Position numbers and translations under genes: made by a program. From the NCBI RefSeq assembly GCF_009914755.1, contig NC_060946.1: a DNA stretch of 64,000 bases, one strand, 5' to 3'. This document shows, one piece after another, positions 1-16,130 of the stretch; position 1 is the first letter of the stretch; the number at the start of each line of letters is the position of its first letter. The stretch comes from the human T2T-CHM13v2.0 reference genome, Homo sapiens. Under the pieces are notes generated by a model that saw only the letters and a program-made list of their open reading frames with translations, had not been told where the DNA came from and searched no databases.

Positions 1-3000
1 CAAGTCCCAGGTGGACACTACGTCAAAGATGAACACAAGACCTAAGGTTGTCATTCAAGCCCCAAATGGACACCAGGCCCTAGGTGAATAATATGACCCA
101 GGGGATGATTGGGACCCAGCTGCTTACCAGTCCCCAGGTTTACACGAGGCCCCAAGTAGGTTCCTAAGCTCTAGTTGAACATGAGGTCTCCAGTAGACAC
201 CCAGGACTAAGGTGGACATCAAGCATCAGATGGACGTCTGGCTGCGGATGAACATCAAGCCTCACATGGATACCTAGTCCGCAGGTAGGCATCAGGCCCC
301 AGTTTGACATCAGTTTCTGGGTGGATCCTTAAGCCCCAGGTGGATATCCAGTGTCCAGCTGGACATCAGCCCCTCATGGACGCCCAGTCCCCAGGTGAAT
401 ATCAGGTCTCAGGTGAACACAAGTCCTCAGGCAGACATCAGACACCAGGTGTACACTCAGACCCCAAGAGGACATCTGTCCCCAGGTTGACATCACTCTC
501 AAGGTGTACATTAGGCCACAGATGTACACCCAGGTCCAAGGCAGACACGAGTCCCCAGTAAAACTCAAGGCCCCAGGAGGATACTCAAGCCCTAGGTGGA
601 TGCCCAGACCCCAGGTAATTACAAGGCCCCAGGTGGATACCAGATTCCAGATGAACATTAGGCCTCAAGTGGATACCTAGGCACCAGGTAGACACCAGGC
701 CCCAGGTACATCCCCTGGTCTCAGGTGCACACTAGGTCCCCAGTGAACACTGGCTACAGGTAAGCACCCAGTCCAAGGTAGACATCATGACCCAGGTGGT
801 CATTAGGCCACAGCTGAACACCAATCTTGAGTGAACACCAGATCCCAGGTGGGTACCTAGTCCAGGTGGATATTGGGCCCCAAGTGGACACCCAGCCCCC
901 AGGTGAACATCAAGCTTCAGGTGGACATCATGCCTCAGGTGAACTCCGGGTCCCAGCCCAGCTGAACATCAGGCTGCAGGTGGATGCCTAGGTTCCAGGT
1001 GCACAACAGGTCACAGTTGGACATTCAGCCCCAGGTGAACATCAGGCCATGGGTGGATAAACAGTCCACAGGTGGACATCAGGTCAAAGGTGAACATCAG
1101 TACTCAGGTGGACATCAGGCTCCAGGTTGACATCAAGCCCAAGGTGGACACTGAACTAGAGGTTTACATCAGGCCCCAGGTTGACACCCAGGCTCAGGTG
1201 GACATTGGGCCCCAGGTGGATACCTAGGCCCCTAGTAAACCTCAGATTCTAGGTTGACATTCAGGCCCCCAGTAGTCATTTGGCCCCATGTGGACACTCA
1301 GGCGCCAGGTTCACATGATGTCTTAACTGGACACCAAGGGGCCAGTTTGATACCCAAGTCCTGTGTGGGTGCCAGGTCCAAGGTTACACTCAAGCCCCAA
1401 GTGGACACCAGGCCCTAGGTGAATAATACAACCCAGGTGGTCATTAGGCCCCAGAATGACACCAGCCCCCAGGTTAACAGGAAGCCCCCAGTGGGTACTT
1501 AGGCCCCAGGTGGACATCAGGCCTAATGTGGACACCCAGGATCAAGATGGACATCAGGACTCAGGTGGACATCTGGTGACAGGTGGACAACAAGCCTGGT
1601 GTGTACCTTGTCCCCGGGTGGTCATCAGGCCCCAGTTCAACACCAGTCCCTGGGTGGATTCCTCGGCTCCAGGTGGACATCCGGTCTTCAGCTGAACATC
1701 AGACCCCAGGTGAACACCAGGTTTTAGGTGGACATTAGGCCCCTGGTGGACATAAAGTACCAGTGGACATCCATGCTGCAGGTGGACACCCAGCGCCCAG
1801 ATGGGCATCAGGCCCCATTTGGACATTGAGGCCCCAGGTGGATATCAGGCCTCAGGTGAACCCAAGGTCCAACATAGACATCAGGCCTTAGGTTGACACT
1901 CAAGCACCAGATGGACTGCTGCACCTAAGCAGAAAATAGACCCCTATCTGGATATCTAAGATACAGGTATACAACAAGCCCCAGGCTGACATCCAGACCC
2001 CAGGTGGACACCATACCCCAGCTGAACAGCAGGCAACAGTTTGGCACCAAGTACCTAAGTGGAACAAAGCCTTAGGTGATTACCAGGCCATAGGTAGTCA
2101 TTAGTCTCCAGCTGGACAATAGTCCCTAGGTGGATACCTAGGCCCCAGGTGGACACTAGATCCCAAATTAACACAAAAACCAAGTAAAAAATCAAGCCCC
2201 CAGTGGACAACCAGGCCCTAGGTAAATACACAAATCTCAAGCTGACACCAGGCCCTATTTGGACACCCAAGCCCTAGGTGGACTTCAGGCCACAGGTGAA
2301 CACTGAACTCTAGAAGGTCTTCAGGCCCTGTGTTGACTACCTGGCCCCAGGGGGACACCAGGCATAGATGAACTTCAGGCACCAGCTGTACATCAGGTTC
2401 CAGGCAAATGTCCCAGCCCCAGGTGGATATCAAACCTCAGATGAACACCAGGCCCCAGGTAGACATCAAAAACCAGGTGGACACTCAGGCCCCTACTGAA
2501 TATCCATCCCCAGGTGGACATCCATCCCAAGGTGGACATGAGGCCACAAATGTACACTTAAGCCTAAGGCAGACCCCAGGCCCCAGGAAAACTCCAGGCT
2601 CCATGAGAGCACTCAGACCTCAGGTGGATGCATTGGTCCTAGGTAAATACAAGGCCCCAGACAGACATCAGGCCCCAGTGAACACCGGAGCCCAGGTGGG
2701 TACCTAGTCCCCAGGTGTGCAACAAGCAGAAGGTTGACCCAGTCCCTAGCTGAACTCTGGGCCCCAGCTGAACATGATAACCCAGATGGTCACCCAGGCT
2801 CCGGGTGAACACACGGTCTTAGGTAGACATCAGATCCCACATGAACACTCAAGCCCCAGGTAGATATCAGGCCTTAGGTGTACACCAGACCTCAGGTGGG
2901 CATCTGGCTCCAGATGGCCATAGATGGATAACTAAGCCTCTCCTGGATATCAGGCCCCAGGTAGACACCAGGCTCCAGGCGAACATCTAGCCCCAGGGGG

Positions 3001-3060
3001 ACATCCAGCCCCCGGTGAACATCAGGGCTCACATGGATAAACAGTTTACAGATGGGCACC
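1..3060. repeat. Degenerate ~18-19 bp tandem repeat, consensus approx. AGGCCCCAGGTGGACATC (family not named)
   Basis: CAGGTGGACA/CAGGTGAACA cores recur every ~18-19 bp, e.g. aggccccaggtggacatcagg at 1501. CpG-poor. The array runs off the left edge. Confidence 0.85.
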
Positions 3061-6000
3061 TGCCACAGGTGCCTCACCTCTACTCCCTGAAACCTCACTT
3101 CCCCTCATGGGCCTTCTGTCCGACTTGGGGTACCCCTAGCCGCCCTAGGCACACACTGGACTCGAACCAGGGGCGCCAGCGTCCCTGGGGCTCAGCGCAA
3201 GGGTTCATGGGAATACACTTTCGTCCGTGGGGGACCCAGTCCTCACTTCTCGGCGGCGCAGTTTTTTTTTCTCTGCCTCAGGTGCCTCACCTTCCCCTCA
3301 TGGGCCTTCTGTCCACCTTGGGGTACCCCTAGCGGCCCGAGGCATACCCTGGGCTCGAACCAGGGATGCCAGGGTCCCCGGGGCGCAGCGCAAGGGCTGA
3401 TGGGGAGACACTTTCTTCCGTGGGGGACCCAGGCCCCGTTTCTCTGAGGCGCGTTTTTTTTTTTTCTGCCCCAGGTGCCTCACCTTCACCTCATGGGCCT
3501 TCTGCCCGCTTTGGGGTACCCCTAGCGGCTCCAGGCACAAGCTGGGCTCGAATAAGGGTCGCCAGGGTCCCCGGGGCCCAGCGCAAGGGTTGATGGGATG
3601 ACACTTTCACCCATGGGGGACCCAGGCCCCGCTTCTCCGCAGCGCGTTTTTTTTTTTTTATTTGCCCCAGGTGACTCACCTTCCCCTCATGGGCCTTCTG
3701 TCTGCTTTGGGTTACCCCTAGCAGGCCAGAGGTGCACCCTGGATTCCAGCCAGGGATGCCAGGGTCCCCGGGGCCCAGTGCAGGGGCTGATGAGAAGGCA
3801 CTTTCGTCCGTGGGGTGCCCAGGCCCTGCTTCTCTGTGGCGCGGTTTTATTTTTTTCTTTTCTGCCTCAGGTGCCTTACCTCTCCTCCCTCAAACCTCAC
3901 CTTCCCCTCATAGGCTTTCTGCCCGCCATGGGGTACCCCAAGAGGCCCGAAGCGCACCCTTGTCTTGAACCAGGGATGCCAGGGTCCCCTGGGCCCAGCT
4001 CAGGGGCTGATGGGAAGACACTTTCGTCCGTGGGGGAACCAGGCCCCGCTTCTCTGCGGCACAGTTTTTTTTTTTTTTTCTGCCTCAGGTGCCTCACCTT
4101 CCCCTCATGGGCCTTCTGCCCGCTTTTGGGTACCCCTAGCGAGCCCAAGGCGCACCCTGGGCTCGAACGAGGGTCGCCAGGGTCGACGGAGCCCAGCGCA
4201 GGGGCTGATGGGAAGACACTTTCATCCGTAGGGGACGCAGGCCCCGCTACTCCGTGGTTCGGTTTTTTTTTTTTCCTCTGCCCCAGGTGCCTCACCTTTC
4301 CTCCCTCAAACCTCACCTTCCACTCCTGGGCTTTCTGCCTGCGTTGGAGTACCCCTAGCGACCCGAGCGCACCCTGGGCTCGAACCAGGGATGCCAGGGT
4401 CCCTGGGGCCCAGTGCAGGGGCTGATGGGAAGACACTTTCGTCCGTGGGGGACCCAGGGCCCGCTTCTCGGCGGCGCGGTTTTTTTTCTCTGCCCCAGGT
4501 GCCTCACCTTCCCCTCAGGGGCCTTCTGCCTACGTTGGGATACCCTAGCAGTCCCGAGGTGCACCCTGGGTTCAAACCAGGGACGCCAGTGTCCCCAGGG
4601 CCCAGCGCAGGGGCTCATCGGAAGGCACTTTCTTCCGTGGGGTACCCAGGCCCCGCTTCTAGGCGGAGCGGTTTTTAATTTTTTTCTGTGCTCCAGGTGT
4701 CTCACCTTCCCCTCATGGGCCTTCTGCCCGCCTTGGGGTACCCCTAGCAGGCCGAGGCGCACCCTGGGCTCTAACCAGGGATGCCAGGGTCCACAGGCCC
4801 AGCTCAGGGGCTTATGGGAAGACACTTTCGTCTGTGGGGGACCCAAGCTCTGCTCCTCTGCAGGTTTTTTTTTTTTTTCTCTTCCCCAGGTGCCTCACCT
4901 TCCCTTCATGGGCTTTCTGCCCGCCTTTGGGTACCCCTAGCGGGCCCGAGGCCCACCCTGGTTTGGAGCCAGGGATGCTAGTGTCCCTGGGGCCCAGCGC
5001 AGCGCTGATGGGAAGGGACTTTTGTCCGTGGGGAACCCAGGGCCCACTTCTCCGAGGTGAGCTTTTTTTTTTTTTTCTGCCGCAGGTGCCTCACCTCTCC
5101 TCCCTCAAACCTCACCTTCCCCTCATGAGCCCTCTGACCGCCTAGAGGTACCGCTAGCGGCCCGAGGCACACCCTGTGGCTGAACCAGGGACGCCAGGAT
5201 CCCTGCAGCCCAGCACAGGCGCTGATGGGAAGACACTTTCGTTCGTGGAGGACCCAGGCCCCGTTTCTCAGTGGCTTGTTTTTTTTTCTCTGCCCGGGTG
5301 CCTCACCTTCCTCTAATGGGCCTTTTGCCCGCTTTGGGGTACCCCTAGCCGGCCCTATTCGCACCCTGCGCTCGAACCAGGGTCGCAGTGTCCAAGAGGT
5401 CCAGCGCAAGGCGTGATGGGAAGGCACTTTCGTCAGTGGGGGACCCAGGCCCCGCTTCGCTGCGGCGCCTTTTTTTTTTTCTGCCACAGGTACCTCACCT
5501 TCCCCTCATGGGCTTTCTGTCCGCCTTGGGGTACCCCCAGCTGCCCAAGGCGCACCCTGGGCTCAAACCAGGGATGCCAGTGTCCCTGGGGCCCAGCACA
5601 GGGTCTGATGGGAAGGCACTTTCTTTCATGGGGAACCCAGGCCTCCCTTCTCCGTGGCGAGGTTTTTTTTTTTTTTCTCCGCTCCAGGTGCCTCACCTTC
5701 CCTTCATGGGCTTCTGCTCACTTTGGGGTACTGCTAGCGGCCCGAGGCACACACTGCGTTTGAACCAGGGTCACCAGGGTCCACGGGGCCAAGCGCAGGG
5801 GCTAATGGTAAGGCACTTTTGTCTGTGGGGGACCCAGGACCCCCTTCTCCGTGGCGCGTTTTTTTTTTTTTTCTCCCACAGGTGCCTCACTTCTCCTCCC
5901 TCAAACCTCACCTTCGCCTCATGGGCCTTCTGCCTGCCTTGGGATACCCCTAGCAGCCCGAGGCGAATCCTGGGGTCGAACCAGGGACGCCAGGGTCCCT

Positions 6001-9000
6001 GGGGCCCAGTGCAAGGGCTGATGGGAAGATACTTTCTTTCGTGGGGGCCCAGGCACCGCTTCTCCACGGCGCATATTTTTTTTCTTTCGGCTGCCCCAGG
6101 TACATCACCTTCCCCTCATGGGCCATCTGCCTGCTTTGGGGTACTCCTAGTGGAGTGAGGCGCACCCTGGGCTCGAACCAGAGTCATCAGGTTCCCTGAC
6201 GCCCAGCGTAAGGGCTGATGGGAAGACACTTTCGTCTGTGGCGGACCCAGGCCCCGCTTCTCAGCGGCGCGGTTTTTTTTTTTCTTGCCACAGGTGTCTC
6301 ACCTCTCCTCCCTCAAACCTCAACCTCCCCTCATGGGCTTTCTACCTGCCTTGGGGTACCCCTAGCGGCCCAAGGCGCACCCTGGGTTTGAGTCAAGGTC
6401 GCCAGGGTCCACGGGGCTCAGCACAGGGCCTGATGGGAAGGCACTTTCGTCTGTGGGGGACCCATGCCCTGCTTCTCCGTGGCGCGTTTTTTTTTTTCCT
6501 TCCTGCCACAGGTGCCTCACCTCTCCTCCCTCAAACCTCACCTTCCCCTCATGGGCCTTCTGTCTGCATTGGGGTACACCTAGCAGCCCGAGGTGCACTG
6601 TGGACTCCAGGGTCCCTGGGGCCCAGCGCAAGGGCTGATGGGAAGACACTTTCGTCCGTGGGGGGGACGCAGTCCCCGCTTCTCCGCGGCGAGGTTTTTT
6701 TTTTTTCTCTGCCCCAGGTGCCTCACCTTCCCCTCATGTGCCTTCTGCACGCTTTGGGGTACCCCTAGCGGCCCAAGGCGCACCCTGGGCTCAAACAATG
6801 GAAGCCAGGTTCCACGGGGCCAAGCGCAGTGGCTGATGGGAAGACACGTTCTTCCTCGGGGACCCAGGCTCGGCTTCTCTGCGGCGTTTTTTTTTTCTTT
6901 TCCCCAGTTGCCTCACTTTCCCGTCATGGGCTTTCTGCCCGCCTTGAGGTACCCCTAGCGGGCCCGAGGCGCACCCTGGTTTCGAGCCAGAGACGCTAGG
7001 GTCTCCGGGGCCCAGTGCAGGGCTGATGGGTAGGGACATTCGTCCGTGGGGGACCCAGGCCCCACTTCTGGGCGGCGCAGTTTTTTATTTTTTTCTCTGC
7101 CCCAGGTGTCTCACCTTTCCCTCATGGGCCTTCTGTCTTGGGGTACCCCTAGCAGGCCGAGGTGCACGCTGGGTTCCAGCCAGGGATACCAGGGTCCCCA
7201 GGGCGCATTGCAAGCGCTGATGGGAAGACAGCTTCTTCTGTGGGGGACCCAGGCCCCGCTTATCCGCGGCGCGGTTGTTTTTTTTTTTTCTCTGCCCCAC
7301 GTGCATCACCTTCCCCTCATGGGCCTTCTGCCCGCTTTTGGGTACACCTAGCGGCCTGAAGCACACCCTGGTCTCGAACCAGGTACGCCAGGGTCCCCTG
7401 GGCCCAGCGCAAGAGCTGATGGGAAGACACTTTCGTCCGTTGGGGACCCAGGCTCCGCTTCTCCGTGGTGCAGTTTTTTTTTTTTTTCCTGCCACAGGTG
7501 CCTCACCTCTCCTTCCTCAAACCTCAACTGCCCCTCAGGGATTTCTGCCCACCTTGGGGTACCCCTAGCAGGCCCGAGGCGCACCCGGGGCTCGAACAGG
7601 GTCTCCAGCGTCCACAGGGCCCAGCGCAGGGACTGATGGGAAGGCATTTTCATCCGTCGGGGACCCAGGCCCAGCTTCTCCTAGGCGCGGCTTGTTTTTT
7701 TTTTTTTTTTTTTTTTCCTGCCACAGGTTCCTCACCTCTCCTCCCTCAAACGTCAACTTCCCATCATGGGCTTTCTGCCCGACTTGGGGTACCCCTAGCA
7801 GCCCAAGGCGCTCCCTGGACTCGAACCATGGATGCCAGGGTTGCCGGGGCCCAGCACAGGGGCTGATGGGAAGGTACCTTCATCCGTGGGTACCCAGGCC
7901 CCGCTTCTCAAAGCTGCGGTTTTTTTTCTCCACCCCAGGTGCCTCACCTTCCCCTCATTGGCCTTCTGCCTGCTTTGGGGTAACACGAGCGGGCCCAAGG
8001 CGCTCCCGGGTCTCGAACCAGGGTCGCCAGGTTCTCAAGGCTAGCGCAGGAGCTGATGGGAAGGCACTTTCATCAGTGGGGACCCAGGCCCGGCTTCTCC
8101 GAGGCGCTGATATATATATATATATAATTTTTTTTTTTTCTGCCACAGGTGACTCACCTCTCCTCCCTCAAATCTCACCTTCCCCTCATGGGCTTTCTGG
8201 CTTCCTTAGGGTACTCTAGCGTGCCGGAGTCTCTTCTGGTCCTTGAACTAGGGTCGCCAGGGTCCAGGAGGCCCAGCGCAGGGGCTGATGAGAAGGCACT
8301 TTCGTCTGTGGGAGACCCAGGCCCCGCTTCTCCTCGGCACGTTTTTATTTTTCTGCCGCAGGTGCGTCACCTCTCCTCCCTCAAACCTCACCTTCCCCTC
8401 ATGGGCCTTCTGCCTGCTTTGGGGTACACCTAGCGGGCCCGAGGTGCACCCAGGCCTAGAACCAGGGTCGCCTGGGTCCACGGGGCCCAGCGCAGGGACT
8501 GATGGGAAGGCACTTTTTTCCATGGGAGACCCAGGCCCCGCTTCTTCGTGGCGTGGTTTCTTTTTCTTTTCTGCCACTAGTGCCTCACCTCTCCTCCCTC
8601 ACAGCTCACCTTCCTCTCATGGGCTTTCCACCGCGTTGGGGTACCCCTAGTGGCCCAAGGCTCTCCCTGAGCTCAAACCAGGAACCCCAGGTTCCCCGGT
8701 ACCCAGCACAGGGGCTGATGGGAAGGCACTTTCATCCGTGGGGGACCCAGGCCCCACCTCTCCACGGCGCGGGTTTTTTCTTTCTTTTTCTGTGACAGGT
8801 GCCTCACCTCTCCCCTCAAAACTCACCTTCCCCTCATGGGCTTTGTGCGCCCAAAGCCCCCCTTGGGGTTCACTTAGCGGCTGAGGCACACCCTGAGCTC
8901 GAACAAGGGACACCAGGGTCCCCGGTCCCAGTGCAGGGACTGATGGGAAGACACTTTCGTTCGTGGGGCACCCAGGCCGTGCTTCTCCGCGGCGAAGTTT

Positions 9001-9655
9001 TTTTTTTTTTCTCTGCCCCAGGTGCCTCACCATCCCCTTAGGGGCTTTCTGCCCACCTTGCAGTACCCCTACTGGCCCGAGGTGCACCCTGGGGTCAAAC
9101 CAGGGATGCCAGGGTCCCCAGGGCCCAGCGAAGGGGCTGATGGGATGGCACTTTCATCCGTGGGGGACCCAGGCACTGCTTCTTGGTGGCACGTTTTTTT
9201 TTCTCTGCCTCAGGTGCCTCACCTTCCCCTCATGGACCTTTTGTTCGCTTTGTGGTACCCCAAGCGGTCCCGAGGCGCAACCTGGGCTCGAACCAGGGTC
9301 GCCAGGGTCCACCACGCCCAGCATAGGGCCTGATGGGAAGGCACTTTCATCCGTGGTGGACCCAGGCCCCACTTCTCTGAGGCGCGGTCCTCTTTTTTTT
9401 TTTTTTCTGCCCCTGGTGCCTCACCTCTCCTCCCACAAACTTCAACTTCCACTCATAGGGCTTCTGTCCGAGTTGGGGTACCCCTAGTCGCCCGAGGCGC
9501 ACCCTGGGCGTGAACCAGGGATGCCAGGGTCCCTGGGGCGCAGCGCAAGGGCTGATGGGAAAAAACTTTCGTCTGTGGATGACCCAGACACCGCTTCGCG
9601 GCGCATTTTTTTTTTCTTTGCCCCAGGTGTCTCACCTTCCCCTCATGGACCTTCT
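3060..9655. repeat. GC-rich satellite, ~190-205 bp monomer, roughly 33 copies; gamma-satellite (GSATII-like)
   Basis: Monomer seen directly: GGGGTACCCCTAGCGGCCCGAGGCGCACCCTGGGCTCGAACCAGGG...GGGCTGATGGGAAGGCACTTTCGTCCGTGGGGGACCCAGGCCCCGCTTCTC...polyT-CTGCCCCAGGTGCCTCACC. Long and short variants differ by a ~17-bp CTCTCCTCCCTCAAAC segment. The family name is from memory. Confidence 0.75.
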
Positions 9656-9659
9656 GACT

Positions 9660-10472
9660 TTCTGCACCTGCTCCGGCGCTGTGGGCCTCCCTGCGCCTGC
9701 GCCGGCGCTGTGGGCTCCCCCCCCCCCCGGCGCCTGCGCCGGCGCTGTGGCCCCCCGCCCCCCGCGCCTGCGCCGGCGCTGTGGGGCCCCCACCCCCCTG
9801 CGCCTGCGCCGGCGCTGTGCAACTTTGCGAGGGCGGAGCTGCGTTCTTCCCAGCACCGACACGGAGAGCATCGCCGGGGCGGAGCTGAGTTCTCCTCTGC
9901 ACACACTTCGGAGATACAGCAAAGGCGGAGCAGTGTTCTCCTCAACACAGACCTGGGCAGGCCGGGGTCTCCATGAGGGCGGAGCTGCGTTCTGCTCAGC
10001 ACAGACCCGGGGGACACCGCGAAGGCAGAGTAGCGTTCTCCTCAGCACAGACCTTGGGGGCACTGCCTCGCTTTGGGACAACTCGGGGCCGCATAGACGC
10101 TGAATAAAATCCTTCCTGTTTGCAGCCCTGAGTAATCAGGGTCAGCGACCAGTAAGAAGGGTTCAGTGTGGAAAAGGGAAACCAAAAGCCCCTCTGAATC
10201 CTACCCACCGAGGTTCTCCCCAGCCAAGGCGAGGCGCCGCAGTGCGAGATCCACACCGCAGCCTCAGAAGACAAATGCAACATTCCTAATGCGGACATGA
10301 CACCCAAAATATGACACGCCCATTGCTCATGTAACAAGCACCTGTAATGCTAATGCACTGCCTCAATACAAAAATATTAATATAAGATCCGCAATCCCCT
10401 TGCTGCCATGCAGTCCTAAGACAGATCATAATAATTAACATTGACATAGTCAATACAAACGTAGTAACGAAC
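9660..10472 (+). repeat. TAR1 subtelomeric repeat, including the 29-bp (9662-9820) and 37-bp (~9825-10065) CpG-rich repeats
   Basis: Tandem CTGCGCCTGCGCCGGCGCTGTG units, then GGCGGAGCTGCGTTCTCCTCAGCACAGAC units, then TAR1-type sequence ending directly at TTAGGG repeats. Confidence 0.85.
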
Positions 10473-10779
10473 CTAGGGTTAAGGTTGGTGTTAGGGTTAG
10501 GGGTTAGGGGTTAAGTTTAGGGTTAGGGGTTGGAGATAGGTGTTGGGGTCAGAGTTAGGAGTTAAGAGTCAACGTTTAGAGTTAAGGGTTAAGAGAGGTT
10601 AGGGGTTAGGGATAAGGGGTTAGGGTTGGATTAGTGTGAGGGTGAGGGTTGTTGTTAGGGGTTAGGCTTAGGGGTTACAGTTAAGGGTTAAGGGTTAGGG
10701 TTAGGGGTTAGGGTTAGGGTCAGGGGTTAGGGGTCAGGGGTTAGGGGTCAGGGTCAGGGGTCAGGGTCAGGTTCAGGGG

Positions 10780-10780
<1 letters not shown>
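10473..10780 (+). repeat. Interstitial degenerate telomeric repeat (TTAGGG)n with TTAGGGG/TCAGGG variants
   Basis: e.g. gggttagggttaggggttagggttagggtcaggggttag around 10690-10730. Confidence 0.95.
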
Positions 10781-13318
<2,538 letters not shown>

Positions 13319-13565
13319 TGTGAGGAACAACCAAATTGTTTTCTGCAGCAAGGGCATCATTTTCTATTCCTAGCAGCCAGTTCATGAGGGCTCCAACTTC
13401 TCCACCTCCTTAGCAACATTTATTTTCTGTGTCATTGTTATGAAACCCTTACTTGTGGGTGCAGAGCGGCATGAATGAAGTCAATTAACATGTTTATTAC
13501 CTCACAGAATAGTTACCTTTTTGTGTGCATGTGTGGGATAAGAAAACTTAACTCTATCCCCTGTG
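13319..13565 (-). mobile_element. Older L1M fragment
   Basis: gaggaacaaccaaattgttttc...gagggctccaacttctccacctccttagcaaca resembles antisense L1M sequence. Confidence 0.55.
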
Positions 13566-13639
13566 ACTGAATAGTGGCCATTCCAGCTGCTCCAGGCTCC
13601 AGCAGAGGAAGACCGGGGTAGGTGGCTCCACCAGGGTGA

Positions 13640-15720
<2,081 letters not shown>

Positions 15721-15734
15721 GCACTGTATAGAAC

Positions 15735-16130
15735 AAAGCAGGCGGAGGAAGGTGGGATAACCTTGCTAGCTGAAGCTTCTGGCTCTCTTTTTTTCTTCTT
15801 CCCGTGCAGGAAACTTGCTTCCCTTCTTCCTGCCCTTGGACATGAGACTCCAGGTTCTTATGCGTTTGGACTCTGGGACTTGCACCAGTGGCTTCCCCGA
15901 GGCTCTCAGGCCCCCGGCCTCAGACTGAAGACTGCACTGCGGGCTTTCCTGGTTTTGAGGCTTTTGGACTTGGACTGAGCCACTACTAGCTTCTCTCTTT
16001 CCCTACCTGGCAGACAGCCTGTTGTGGGACTGCCTTCTAACCGTGTGAACCAATTCTCTCTGGTAAACTCCCTTATACATATACGTGTATCTTGTTGGTT
16101 CTGTCCCTCTGGAGAAACCTGACTAATACA
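15735..16130 (+). mobile_element. MLT2-type (ERVL) LTR, 5'-truncated
   Basis: cctgcccttggacatgagactccaggttc...ttggttctgtccctctggagaaacctgactaataca is the typical MLT2 3' end. Confidence 0.8.

Noticed and set aside
3060-9655. CRISPR-like or rDNA-like interpretation of the GC-rich array
   Set aside because: Whole monomers repeat with no unique spacers, there are no cas genes or rRNA motifs, and the context is primate (Alu, L1).
304-10337. Many overlapping 60-275 aa ORFs (e.g. 3598-4425, 5388-6158)
   Set aside because: They are translations of GC-rich tandem repeats, with recurring MGRHFRPWGTQA and poly-F/K from poly-T tracts. No protein family is recognisable.
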